Virus record (IMG/VR): IMGVR_UViG_3300025133_000055
Coordinates: 23,146 to 87,145 of that record
Direction: 5' to 3' (one strand)
Source of the DNA: a virus
DNA: 64,000 nucleotides
Shown: in pieces, positions 27,968 through 37,439 of the stretch
How the letters are laid out: each line of letters begins with the position of its first letter
Position numbering within the stretch: the first letter of the stretch is position 1
Position numbers and translations under genes: made by a program
Notes under the pieces: generated by a model
What the model saw: the letters and a program-made list of their open reading frames with translations, nothing else
The model's database searches: none
Told to the model about the DNA's origin: nothing

Positions 27968-29428
27968 AGAGTTTAAAACCGAGGAATTGAAGGTAGGTGA
28001 TATAATATCCCTTCGCGCGGGTTTACAGCCCGCTCCTCTTGATCATTTTACAGAATGGTCCAGGCTGGCAATCTTTGAGATTACCAATAGGTTAATTAGA
28101 ACCGTTATTTTGCTTGATAGGACTGATGGCTTCGCGCCCGGAACCCTTTACAATTTCCAGATAATCGACTTAGAACGGGCCTTAGAGACAGGCGCCCGTT
28201 GGAGGCTTTTGTGCGATTCAAAGTAGGCGATTTGGTACTTAATAGGCTGGAATCCGAGCAGGGCGAAGAGGTAGATTGCGAGGGGATTATCGTCCAGCAC
28301 TGGCAAACGCCGAGCATGGACGGCCCTGGAACTGTCGATAACGTAGTTTTATACATAACTCTCGACCGGTCATGGCCCACACAAACGAATAAAGTAGTTA
28401 CACACCGGGGTTTCAAAGAATTCCAATGGGAACTAAAACAATGAAGCCCAGGTTTATGCAGGTTGAAAGGGGATTCTCGGCTCTATCTACTACAGGATGG
28501 AGCACAAATTCAAAAGGGGCGACCTAATACAATATATCAGGACCGAAGCACTTTATCTGCTATTGGAGCAAGTGGAACTCACAGAGCTTACCACCAAATA
28601 TAAGAGGAAGGGAGTCGGTTTTCGCGTGATGGTGATTTATTCAGGTAGAAGCTACACAAAGCAGAGTACAATAACAACAATTTTTATTCCTTTCACTGCA
28701 CCCTATTATGTAGTTTTAAGCTCGGCTCTCGGCGCCACCCAGGAAAACCGGGCTTGAACGCCGATTTTTATTCGCCAAATTTTTTTAATCCACTAGGGAC
28801 AACGATATGCTAGATTTAAAGCCAGGAATGTTAATTGAAGTCATAAGTCCGGTCCTTACCGAGGACAACCGCATATGGCACCTCCTCATATTGGAGGAAG
28901 AACCCGCACATTGGGTGACTCGCATGGTTTATAATAATACGAAAAAGCCAAAAGATTACTTTCGCATCGAGAAATTATATTTAGAAAACAGATCGAGAGC
29001 GAATCAACTTAGAATCCTATCCGAAATTTAATAAATGACAATGAAAGATATATTTTTCGATACCCCAGAGGCCAAAAGTGAATCCTCACATATATGAATA
29101 TATTTTTAGTCCTGGCGATATTGTAGCTGAAAGCTGGACTTTGCCCGAGAGTGGCAATATAAAAAGAGAAGAGGTTCTCCGCGTGCTTATCATTGATAAG
29201 CGAGATAGATGGTGCGATATGAACGATATCTATTATGTAGAATACCAAACAAGGGTAGTTTTTGCGCATCCCGATCGGCTTCCGCTCCATCCAGAAGGAA
29301 GGGACTTTAAACCCGGTGATACCTGGGTTTTGACGTCTTGGGAAGAGGATAATGTGAAGAAATGGAATAATGACTGGCGATCGTGGGAAGTCCTGCTTGA
29401 ATCGGGCTTATCGTGGGAAGGAGAGTAA
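27960..29428 (+). other. Five xKxGDxI-type small early ORFs (27960, 28211, 28497, 28807, 29078)
   Basis: LKVGDII, FKVGDLV, FKRGDLI, LKPGMLI and FSPGDIV. Confidence 0.6.
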
Positions 29429-29533
29429 AAGTGGGCGTTTGCACCGCGACAATGGGATACTTTGTCCTATTTCTCTATTTTTCATCGATGGTGACCGCCG
29501 TGATTGTCCTCTTGGGAAGGTGGAAATGACGAC

Positions 29534-29588
29534 TTTACAAGCCCTTGACATAATAAAGATGTACAATAAGCCGCTTACGCGGTATAAT
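29534..29588 (+). promoter_or_regulatory. Degenerate triple-box early promoter
   Basis: TTTACA-5-TTGACA-9-TGTACA-17-TATAAT. Confidence 0.6.
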
Positions 29589-30098
29589 ATGTATATGAAA
29601 TCGAGCACTTCACCACTTTTTACCCTTCCCGCGCGCTTCCTGCTCGTCTGCGCGATTATGGAGTTTATAACTTGCTTTCTAAGTCAAACCAAAAATATTG
29701 GAGGATTCACCGCCGATGACATTCAGTTTGGCGCGTTATGTTTGGAAGTCGCGCACCCATCCCGCAAAAGCCCCTTTAACCTTGCTTTTCACCAAAGCTA
29801 TCACTTTCAGTCAGAGAGCATTATGTCTTTAAAAACCGACAAATCCACACCCCTTGAGGCGGCGAATAGCGCCGCTTCATCCTTCGCTATTAACCTGCTC
29901 CTTAACACGGCTATCACCGAGACTCTCAAGACCATCGAAAAAATGCGCTTAGAAGGCCAGGAATTGCTCGGCGAGTTCAAGGCGAGTGAGGGTCCAGCGA
30001 AAGAGAAGGTTAAAACTGCCATATCGCTGAACATTCAAGACCGCAAATTCCTGCTAAAAGCTATTTTTACGAACCCTATCGAAAAGGATGTTTAAACC

Positions 30099-30639
30099 AT
30101 GAATATCATCAATTACAAAGCAAATCAAACTATAGTCGAGGCCCGAGACGATCAGGGAAAACCCAGTTTCACGGCCCTTTTATCATATGGCGTACCACAA
30201 TGCGTTATCCTCCATAAGGAAGGTTTAAACCTGATTAACACAAAGCGGTATTCGAATACCACTTCAAAGCACCGCAACGCATACGCGCGCGATATGATGC
30301 CTTCTAACTTCACAACCATCGACGCCACTCCCGAAGAGATTCAGGAAATAACTGGCTTGCAAACCCGATAATCCGAGGCTCCAAATGAATAAATTAAATA
30401 ACAGAAACCAGCCGGGCGATTCATCGCTTTCAACCGTCATAACGAGGGATGAAGCCATTATCCGGTTTGAAACAGAGCTATTGCCTCTTATTATCGAGGA
30501 ATTTGAGCAGGATGGAGTACCTGATATTCCCGCTCGATCCGAGGCTTTCAACAACTGGACCGATGCTCTATGTAAGGACGGCGAGATCAGCGAGTGGCAA
30601 TATAATAACTGGACGCACCCAGACTCTTGTGAGTATTAA
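30099..30639 (+). other. Two small early hypothetical ORFs (30099-30371, 30385-30639)
   Basis: RYSNTTSKH motif in the first; EAFNNWTDALCKDGEIS.WQY.NW in the second; both have RBS-like purines upstream. Confidence 0.6.
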
Positions 30640-31509
30640 ATGAGTTCAAACCTTCTATATCCAGAGGTCGGTGATATTGTGCTTTGTACCCATAAAAATA
30701 TCAAAGAGGTGGGAAAGTTCATTGTCCTCCAAAAGAAGGTTTATACCAGTGATATCGTCTATGCTTGCATGTGCCTATGGTTTGATAATTTCTATAATGC
30801 CATTGATGCCGAAAATGCAGGGGAAACCTTTACTATCACCCATAAGGAGATGACTTTAATATCGGCCTTGGATGAGTATCGGTTCTCCCTTGATTATCGG
30901 CCAGAGGAGGGATAAATGAGTTTGAAAGTCAAAGATATCAAAGTCGGTGATATGCTAGTTTGCACCACCTCTTCCGAGGCTGCCGTCGAACCCGGCGTTG
31001 TAATTGGCAAATTCCTCGTTCTAGCAAAAGAAAGGTCCGAGGCCAACAATAATAAAAATGATGATAATACAGTTCTAACCTTACATATCATGTATAGGAA
31101 CCACGAAGGTTCCAAACATGGCCATAAGCAAGGTTCAAACTTCAATATCGCCTTAGAGTATTTCAACCATGAAGTATACAGGTGGAAACTTGATTATCGT
31201 CCAGAGGAGGGATAGATGAGTTTCAACCTTGAGGATGCCGCGCCCGGTGATATACTAGTTTTGACCTCCAATTGGTCGAACCATTCGCTGAAAGTCGGCG
31301 AGCTACTTGGTAAATTCATCGTTGTCTCAAAAGAAAGGTCCGAGGCCAACAATAATAATAATCCTCATTCCAAAGGTTTAACCTTGCATATCATCCAGGC
31401 CAAAGAGAGTTATCCTCCCCTGAGTAATAACATAGGAAGAAACTGCTCTTTCAGCTTTGATCAGATGGATGTCCCAATATTGACTTGGAAACTTGATTAT
31501 CGTCCATAG
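30640..31509 (+). repeat. Three tandem paralogous ORFs ending in LDYRP(EEG)
   Basis: 30640-30915, 30916-31215 and 31216-31509 share xGDxL, GKF.V and the C-terminal CTTGATTATCG.CCA. Confidence 0.75.
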
Positions 31510-31799
31510 GGGGAAAGAAATGGTTCAAAGTGGGTTATCGTGGGGGGACATCTGACCCATAGGAATGGTAGTTTAAAGCCTGCATATGGCTGTTCCCTTA
31601 TAGGCAAGGGAGAAAGCGGGGAATCATGCTTTGTATTTAGCCCCTTCTAACTAGTAAATCAACCCCTATATTATCAACAATATTATCCCCTTGCAACCCC
31701 CACAATGCCCCGTGATGCCCATATGAATGTGATCCCCCTCTATAGCGAAGGGTGAACCACACATATCGCGGACACACTTAAAATAAACCTATGCCCTTG

Positions 31800-32294
31800 A
31801 TAAGTCAGCTTTATGCTGGCTTTTTTTTTGTCAAGCATTATTATAACGAATTGATACAATGTTGACAATAAAGTGCTTGACAAGGGAAAAGCCAGCATCA
31901 AGCTGGCTTATAGAGAATTGATATAAACTTGACAACTTTGTGCTTGACAGGGGAAAGCCGGGGTTTAAACTTATATATAAGTTACCAGCCCATATTGAAA
32001 GGGGGATCGCCCTAAGAGAAGTTTATAACTGACCTTTCGTTTGTCAAGTATTATTATGACGAATTGACATAAGATTGACATTAATTTGCTTGACAGACGA
32101 AAGGTCAGTTATAAACTTGGCTATGACGAATTGACATTCAATTGACATTCTCTTGACAACTTAGTGCTTGACAGGCTACTAATTACTTTGTAACTCCCTT
32201 ATGGCGAATTGACATGCATTTGACACAAATCGCTTGACACAAATTAATAAGTTACAACCTGACATATCGACGATCCCAACTGATTTGTCAGGTT
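31800..32294. repeat. Non-coding array of phased TTGA(C/T)A boxes with long inverted repeats
   Basis: Five units starting at boxes 31851, 31918, 32064, 32131 and 32209; hairpins 31801-31837/31874-31910, 32019-32050/32087-32118 and 32256-32268/32282-32294. Confidence 0.85.
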
Positions 32295-32476
32295 TAAAGG
32301 GGCATATGGGGGGGGTCCCCCCCTCCCCCCACCGGCCGGAAAGTACCTTCCTAACTGGGATATGGGCCGCCCCGCGCTGATACACCCGCGAGAGAGCGAT
32401 TCAAAAATTTCCCAGAATAAAAAAACACAGATATGCGATCCCTAAGAACTATTTATAAGCAAGAGGATCAAGAAGT

Positions 32477-32677
32477 ATGAGTGGATTAGTGACAAAAGAA
32501 GAATTAAAAGAGCAATATAGTGCCCCAAAAGAAGAAGGCTTTGAAACCAAAGAAGAGTATTTAAACGCCAAGATTGCCTGGGTCGCATCGAACCCGGATG
32601 AATACCAAGAAATCCTAAATGCGTCAAGCGCAGATGAACTATTAATGCATGAAAAGAAAAGAGGATCCAAATCATGA
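32477..32677 (+). CDS. Small acidic protein, first gene of the late block
   Basis: AACTATTTAT at 32447; GAGG RBS. Confidence 0.55.
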   Translation: MSGLVTKEELKEQYSAPKEEGFETKEEYLNAKIAWVASNPDEYQEILNASSADELLMHEKKRGSKS

Positions 32678-33141
32678 AAATCACGAAAAACCAGCTAAGA
32701 AAAATTATCAAAGAAGAAGTTCAAAAGGTTTTTGAAATAGACGCTTCTGGCAGAGGTGCTTGGGATCCCGTAAATGTCAAAAAAAGAGAAAAAGAAGTTC
32801 ATCGACTTGGAAGAAATAAGATCGCACAATTGCGGCGTGATGCAGAAAAAGACCAAGAGGACCGCGCCAAATCTCCAAGGTTTGGTAAAAAAAATAATAA
32901 AAAAAATAATCCTTCCAAGGAAGAGGAGCCATCACCCATTAGCGAGGATGATGTTGGCGAACCCATCTATTCCCGCCATCATGGAGGGGAGGATGATTTG
33001 GATAGTCTAGATGTCATATTTGACCTAGCACAACAGATGGCTCTTTTCACCAGGATGATACCAAGCGATCCTTTAAGAAATCAGCTTCAAGAGCTTATAC
33101 AGAGCATTATCGATAAGCTCGGGGGAGAGCAGGGAGAGTGA
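32674..33141 (+). CDS. MKITKNQLRKIIKEE-leader protein
   Basis: Leader shared with the 36-41.5 kb genes. Confidence 0.7.
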   Translation: MKITKNQLRKIIKEEVQKVFEIDASGRGAWDPVNVKKREKEVHRLGRNKIAQLRRDAEKDQEDRAKSPRFGKKNNKKNNPSKEEEPSPISEDDVGEPIYSRHHGGEDDLDSLDVIFDLAQQMALFTRMIPSDPLRNQLQELIQSIIDKLGGEQGE

Positions 33142-33217
33142 CCTTTGAAAATCAATGCAACAGCTAGCGATGAATTTGATGCGAACCTCAATAAAATCCT
33201 CCAGAATAAAACTTGAT

Positions 33218-33251
33218 AAAACTTGACAGAATTCGAGTTCTATGGTATAAT
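33218..33251 (+). repeat. 34-bp direct repeat copy 1, containing a sigma70 promoter
   Basis: AAAACTTGACAGAATTCGAGTTCTATGGTATAAT, identical to 33693-33726. Confidence 0.9.
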
Positions 33252-33256
33252 AAAGT

Positions 33257-33736
33257 ATGAAGAGATGCTTTGAGTGCGACAAGACCGAAGATAATATTGA
33301 GATACATGATCACCATGTTGTCCCAAAAAGCCGTGGTGGAACGAAGACAATACCCCTTTGCTATGTGTGCCATGCATTGGTGCATGATAAGAGGGCAGTA
33401 TCTAGTAGATATTTGATAAGGCAGGCACATAAAGAAAGAAGAAGTAAGGGCCTTGTCTGCGGCCACCCTCCTTACGGCTTCAGTCGTGGGGAAAAGGATG
33501 AACTTGTTGTGAACCCAGAGGAGCAAGCCATCTGGACTTATGTTGAGGAACTACGAAGCACACCACTAGGAAAAAAGAAAAAGCACCCGTGGCGAGCAAT
33601 TGCCGAGAAACTAAACGAGCAAGGATTCAAAAACCGCTCTGGTCGTGAGTGGAAACTTCACAATCTGTTCGTAATCAACAAAACCAAAAACAAAAACTTG
33701 ACAGAATTCGAGTTCTATGGTATAATGGAAGAATAG
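33257..33736 (+). CDS. HNH endonuclease fused to a serine-recombinase-type DNA-binding domain
   Basis: CxxC...HHVVPKSRGG...LCYVCH..VH, then G.PPYG...VNPEE...RAIAEKLNEQG..NRSG.EW. Confidence 0.75.
   Translation: MKRCFECDKTEDNIEIHDHHVVPKSRGGTKTIPLCYVCHALVHDKRAVSSRYLIRQAHKERRSKGLVCGHPPYGFSRGEKDELVVNPEEQAIWTYVEELRSTPLGKKKKHPWRAIAEKLNEQGFKNRSGREWKLHNLFVINKTKNKNLTEFEFYGIMEE
33693..33726 (+). repeat. 34-bp direct repeat copy 2 (promoter for the downstream clpP)
   Basis: Identical to 33218-33251. Confidence 0.9.
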
Positions 33737-33854
33737 AATAGAATAGAATAGAGCATGAAATGAGGCTTTTAAAATTTAAAAACTCAAAACCTCAAAAGTT
33801 TAAAGCCTTGAGCACGGAAAAAATTTCCGTCGAAAAAACAGAAGGATCAATCAA

Positions 33855-34421
33855 GTGGCAGCTTCATCATTACCGGTTCCGAAGGGAAGAAATTTATATC
33901 TCCCAAAGCAAGTTACTCAAGAATCAATGCATGATTTAACGAAATCAATCATTGAAATAAACGACAGCGATGATTATTTGAAAAAAATATATGCGATCCA
34001 TGATTTGGTATATGTTCCCAAGCCGATCAAACTGTATATTGATTCCTATGGGGGTGCAGTTTATCAGTGCTTCGGTTTGATCGGTGTCATTGAAAAGAGC
34101 GAAACTCCTATATGGACAATTGTCACAGGTGCGGCAATGTCCTGCGGGTTCATGATTTTAATAAACGGACATAAAAGACTTGGGTACACCCATGCAACTC
34201 CGCTCTATCATCAGGTTTCAACTGGGTTTCATGGCAAAGTCCAGGATATGGAGGAGACCCTTGCCGAAACGAAGCGGCTCCAAAAGAAGATCGAAGAAAT
34301 GACATGCAGGTTGACAAACATCCCAAAAAAGAAACTCAAGGAAATTTTGAAGAACAAAGTTGACTGGTTTATGGATGCAGAGGAGGCACTTCTTCTCGGT
34401 GTTATTGACGAAATCATTTGA
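33855..34421 (+). CDS. clpP: ClpP-family protease subunit (copy 2)
   Basis: IDSYGG, AMSCG (Ser), LYHQ (His) and DWFMDAEEA (Asp). Confidence 0.88.
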   Translation: MAASSLPVPKGRNLYLPKQVTQESMHDLTKSIIEINDSDDYLKKIYAIHDLVYVPKPIKLYIDSYGGAVYQCFGLIGVIEKSETPIWTIVTGAAMSCGFMILINGHKRLGYTHATPLYHQVSTGFHGKVQDMEETLAETKRLQKKIEEMTCRLTNIPKKKLKEILKNKVDWFMDAEEALLLGVIDEII

Positions 34422-34489
34422 TTCTTATTCTTTTATGTCTGATTTAAACTATTTATAGAAGAAGCATTTAAATATATAGGAGGAGAATT

Positions 34490-34864
34490 GTGAAGAATAT
34501 TGGAATAGGAATAATTCTATTAATTGGGGGGTTTGGGGTAATACTAATCAGTATGCTAGCATTCGTTTTTGGGGCAACAGTATCCCTGGCATCACAAGAG
34601 GAAAGAATTGGCAGCGCTGTAAACGGCCGAATTGTATACGAAGGCTTTTGCACAGGATGTCACCAAGCAGACGGTAAAGGAATGAATGGAATGTTGGGTG
34701 CAGATTTCACTGATAAAGAAAGAATGAAAAAATCAAACGACGAATTGCTTAAATCCATAAAATTCGGATTTAAAGGGAAGAACGGTGTGATGCCACCATG
34801 GGAAGGGACATTATCAGATAAACAAATGAAAGATGTTTTACAATATATAAGAGATGAATTTTAG
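34490..34864 (+). CDS. Class I c-type cytochrome with N-terminal signal/TM anchor
   Basis: CTGCH heme-binding motif, GVMPPW axial Met and LSD..M.DV..YI terminal helix. Confidence 0.88.
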   Translation: MKNIGIGIILLIGGFGVILISMLAFVFGATVSLASQEERIGSAVNGRIVYEGFCTGCHQADGKGMNGMLGADFTDKERMKKSNDELLKSIKFGFKGKNGVMPPWEGTLSDKQMKDVLQYIRDEF

Positions 34865-34872
34865 GGGGAAGG

Positions 34873-36051
34873 TTGAAAAAAGCAGAAGAACAAGAAAAGC
34901 AAGAAGAATTGGTGAGCTTACAGAAGATAACCGAAAATACCGAAATATCAAAAATAACTTTTAATACCCCAAGATTTACACAACTTTTAAGAATGTCAGG
35001 AGCTATACTTAAAAACAGGATTTCGTTTAAAAATCCGCTCATGTTAATGCACTCAGTCACTGAGGCATGTAATGCTAAATGCCCCTATTGTGTATTTCGC
35101 CATGGAAAAGGGGGCCCTAACGAAATGTCTCTAGACGAGATTTCCTCTCTATATAAAGAGGCGGAGAAACTTTCTATGCAATATGTTCACCTCTGGGGAG
35201 GTGAGCCGCTTATTCATCCGAGAATTTCTCAAATTTTAACCCTCGCAAAAGAATCTCGACTAATAACCGGACTTGTTACGAATGGTGCCTTTTTAAGAAA
35301 GAAGGCTGATGATATAATCCCCAAGCTTGATAGACTTTATATATCCCTTGATTACCCGGGCCCTTATCATAACACTTTGAGGGAAACTCCTGGACTTTAT
35401 GAAGCCACTATAGAGGGGGTTAAGTATATTCGCTCAAAATGGAAAGATCAACCAATAGTCGTTAGTTTTACATTAATGAAAGATAATGCTGATGCTATTG
35501 TTGAAATGGCCGCATTATGTAGTGAAATAGGTGCAAGGCTATATGTTAATCCGATGCGAGAAACTTCAAATTCAGATTCAGATCAAATCTCAATCCTCCA
35601 AAATAAAGAAGTTTTTGAGGTTAATAACAGTGACAGAATAATAAAGTGGACCGAACAGTCTTTGATTTGGGAGCAGCTTATACAGCTTAAAAGACAGGGT
35701 TATCCCATTCAAAACTCTATGTATTATATGAAAATGTTGGCTAAAACTGGAAAATCTCCAACCTACAAATGTCACTGGCCCAAGATTGCCATTGGAATAG
35801 AGTCTAATGGAGATATTGCAGACTGTCAAAGGTGGGGGAATCCAATTTCTAATATAAGAGAGCAATCTCTCAAGGGTATTGTTCAGCTTCCAAGAATGAA
35901 GGAACTTTACGGGGCCTGCGGTGAAGCCTGTAATGAATGTGCATCTCCAGCTAGAGTGGAGCCTTCAAAATTTTGGGATCTCCATGTCGGAATGATATTG
36001 CAAACAGTGCAGAGTATGGTTTTTGGAGCACCTGTTCCAAAGAAAGAATGA
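34873..36051 (+). CDS. Radical SAM protein with SPASM/twitch domain
   Basis: CNAKCPYC, GGEPL, TNG, ISLD; C-terminal C..P...I.SNG.I.DC...CxxxCxxC. Confidence 0.88.
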   Translation: MKKAEEQEKQEELVSLQKITENTEISKITFNTPRFTQLLRMSGAILKNRISFKNPLMLMHSVTEACNAKCPYCVFRHGKGGPNEMSLDEISSLYKEAEKLSMQYVHLWGGEPLIHPRISQILTLAKESRLITGLVTNGAFLRKKADDIIPKLDRLYISLDYPGPYHNTLRETPGLYEATIEGVKYIRSKWKDQPIVVSFTLMKDNADAIVEMAALCSEIGARLYVNPMRETSNSDSDQISILQNKEVFEVNNSDRIIKWTEQSLIWEQLIQLKRQGYPIQNSMYYMKMLAKTGKSPTYKCHWPKIAIGIESNGDIADCQRWGNPISNIREQSLKGIVQLPRMKELYGACGEACNECASPARVEPSKFWDLHVGMILQTVQSMVFGAPVPKKE

Positions 36052-36155
36052 AAAAAAATAAAAAAATCAAACGACGAATTGCTTGAATTCATATCTACAA
36101 TATATAAGAGGTGCATTTTAGGGAAGTTTTAACTATTTATAAGCGGGGAAAGCAA

Positions 36156-36925
36156 GTGAATTTAACAAAAAAACAATTAAAAAGAATTATAAAAGAGGAG
36201 CTTAATCTTCTCAATGAGCAAGAGCAAGAGCAAGCCCCAGCCAGGGCCCGCACAAATGTCAAGCGTGTGTCTAAGAAGCTAGAAAAAGTCGCTGGACTTG
36301 ATGAGTTGCTCGCCGGGCTAACAAATAGACAAGATCTTATACAATTTATTTGGAGTCAGGTTCTTCAAAAAGTTAGTGGAAACATTTCAAAACAAGATAT
36401 CGGCGCCGCACTTAAAGCTCTTCTTGCTCAAGTGGCTAAATCAGGATAATAAAAAAACAAATGAAAATATCAAAAGACACATTAAGAAAGATGATCATGC
36501 AAGAAATAAGAATTTCTATTGCCCAACAGGCGCCTGTCGAAGAAGAACTTGGTTCTGCTCAAACTTATGTTACAGCCAAGCCAACTTCCTATATTGCATC
36601 GCACGACGCAACGATGGGACAAATCTCTGAGGACGAGGACGAGGATGAAATAAGTGAGGGAACTACTGGAATTACCCTAACGAAGAATTGGCTAAAGACC
36701 ATGGTTCAAGAAGCCATCGACGATTTACTTTTTTCAGATAAAGGTGTTGTTGAATAAAAGGGGTGGAAAATTACAATGAAAAAACATCTTAGAAATCTTA
36801 TTAAAGAGGGGCTCGACGAGGCCTGCGGGATTCCCGCTGAACGTCTTCCCCTTATAATAAAAGAACCTCCAAAGAAAAAAATCATTATTAGAATTCTAAG
36901 AAAAGCGAATAATGATTCAATTTAA
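36156..36925 (+). other. Three leader-bearing small ORFs (36156-36449, 36461-36757, 36776-36925)
   Basis: MNLTKKQLKRIIKEE (GTG 36156), MKISKDTLRKMIMQE and MKKHLRNLIKE; AACTATTTAT at 36131. Confidence 0.65.
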
Positions 36926-37439
36926 ATTATCCCAGGGACTCCAAGACCGCGAGTTTAAAAATAAAAACCCCATTAAAGAAAAAATAGATCAAATGACTCA
37001 TATTCTGCGTGAAGTGCAGAATATTAAGGATGAGCTTGACAAGTTAATTAAACCAGGAAACCTCCCTATTTCCAAAAATAATGAGAAGGAAACATGGGCC
37101 CAAGATGTTTTAGAGTTGTTGGGTGGACCTCACACAAAAAGTAATAAATTATTTGATAGGCTATTATATCTTCATAAAAATTTTCATAATCTTTTTATGC
37201 CCATGTGGGATGATATAGACGGTATAGACTCGGAATGGGAAACCAAAATAAAAAAAATGTCCGAAGATTATTGGTCGATATATAGTTTGTTAAGCATACT
37301 GAGAGATTTTGCCCAATCTCTTATAGAGAGAGATTGGGGGGCCCTTGAGGGCATTTTAGATTTCTATTACGATAATTTTGTGTTATTTAATCTTCAAAAT
37401 AAGCTAGACGGGAATATGTGGGAGCGCGCCCAAAACTAG
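36912..37439 (+). CDS. Hypothetical helical protein
   Basis: 175-aa ORF in the gene-dense run. Confidence 0.5.
   Translation: MIQFKLSQGLQDREFKNKNPIKEKIDQMTHILREVQNIKDELDKLIKPGNLPISKNNEKETWAQDVLELLGGPHTKSNKLFDRLLYLHKNFHNLFMPMWDDIDGIDSEWETKIKKMSEDYWSIYSLLSILRDFAQSLIERDWGALEGILDFYYDNFVLFNLQNKLDGNMWERAQN

Noticed and set aside
31843-32240. CRISPR array (repeat plus 26-nt spacer appearance)
   Set aside because: The repeats are degenerate, vary in box number and share geometry with the early promoters. Two spacers are inverted copies of adjacent DNA, and no cas genes are visible.
33731-33750. (GAATA)4 microsatellite and short coding repeats (43905-43947, 53459-53494, 27121-27170)
   Set aside because: Short slippage repeats in intergenic or low-complexity sequence with no evidence of function.
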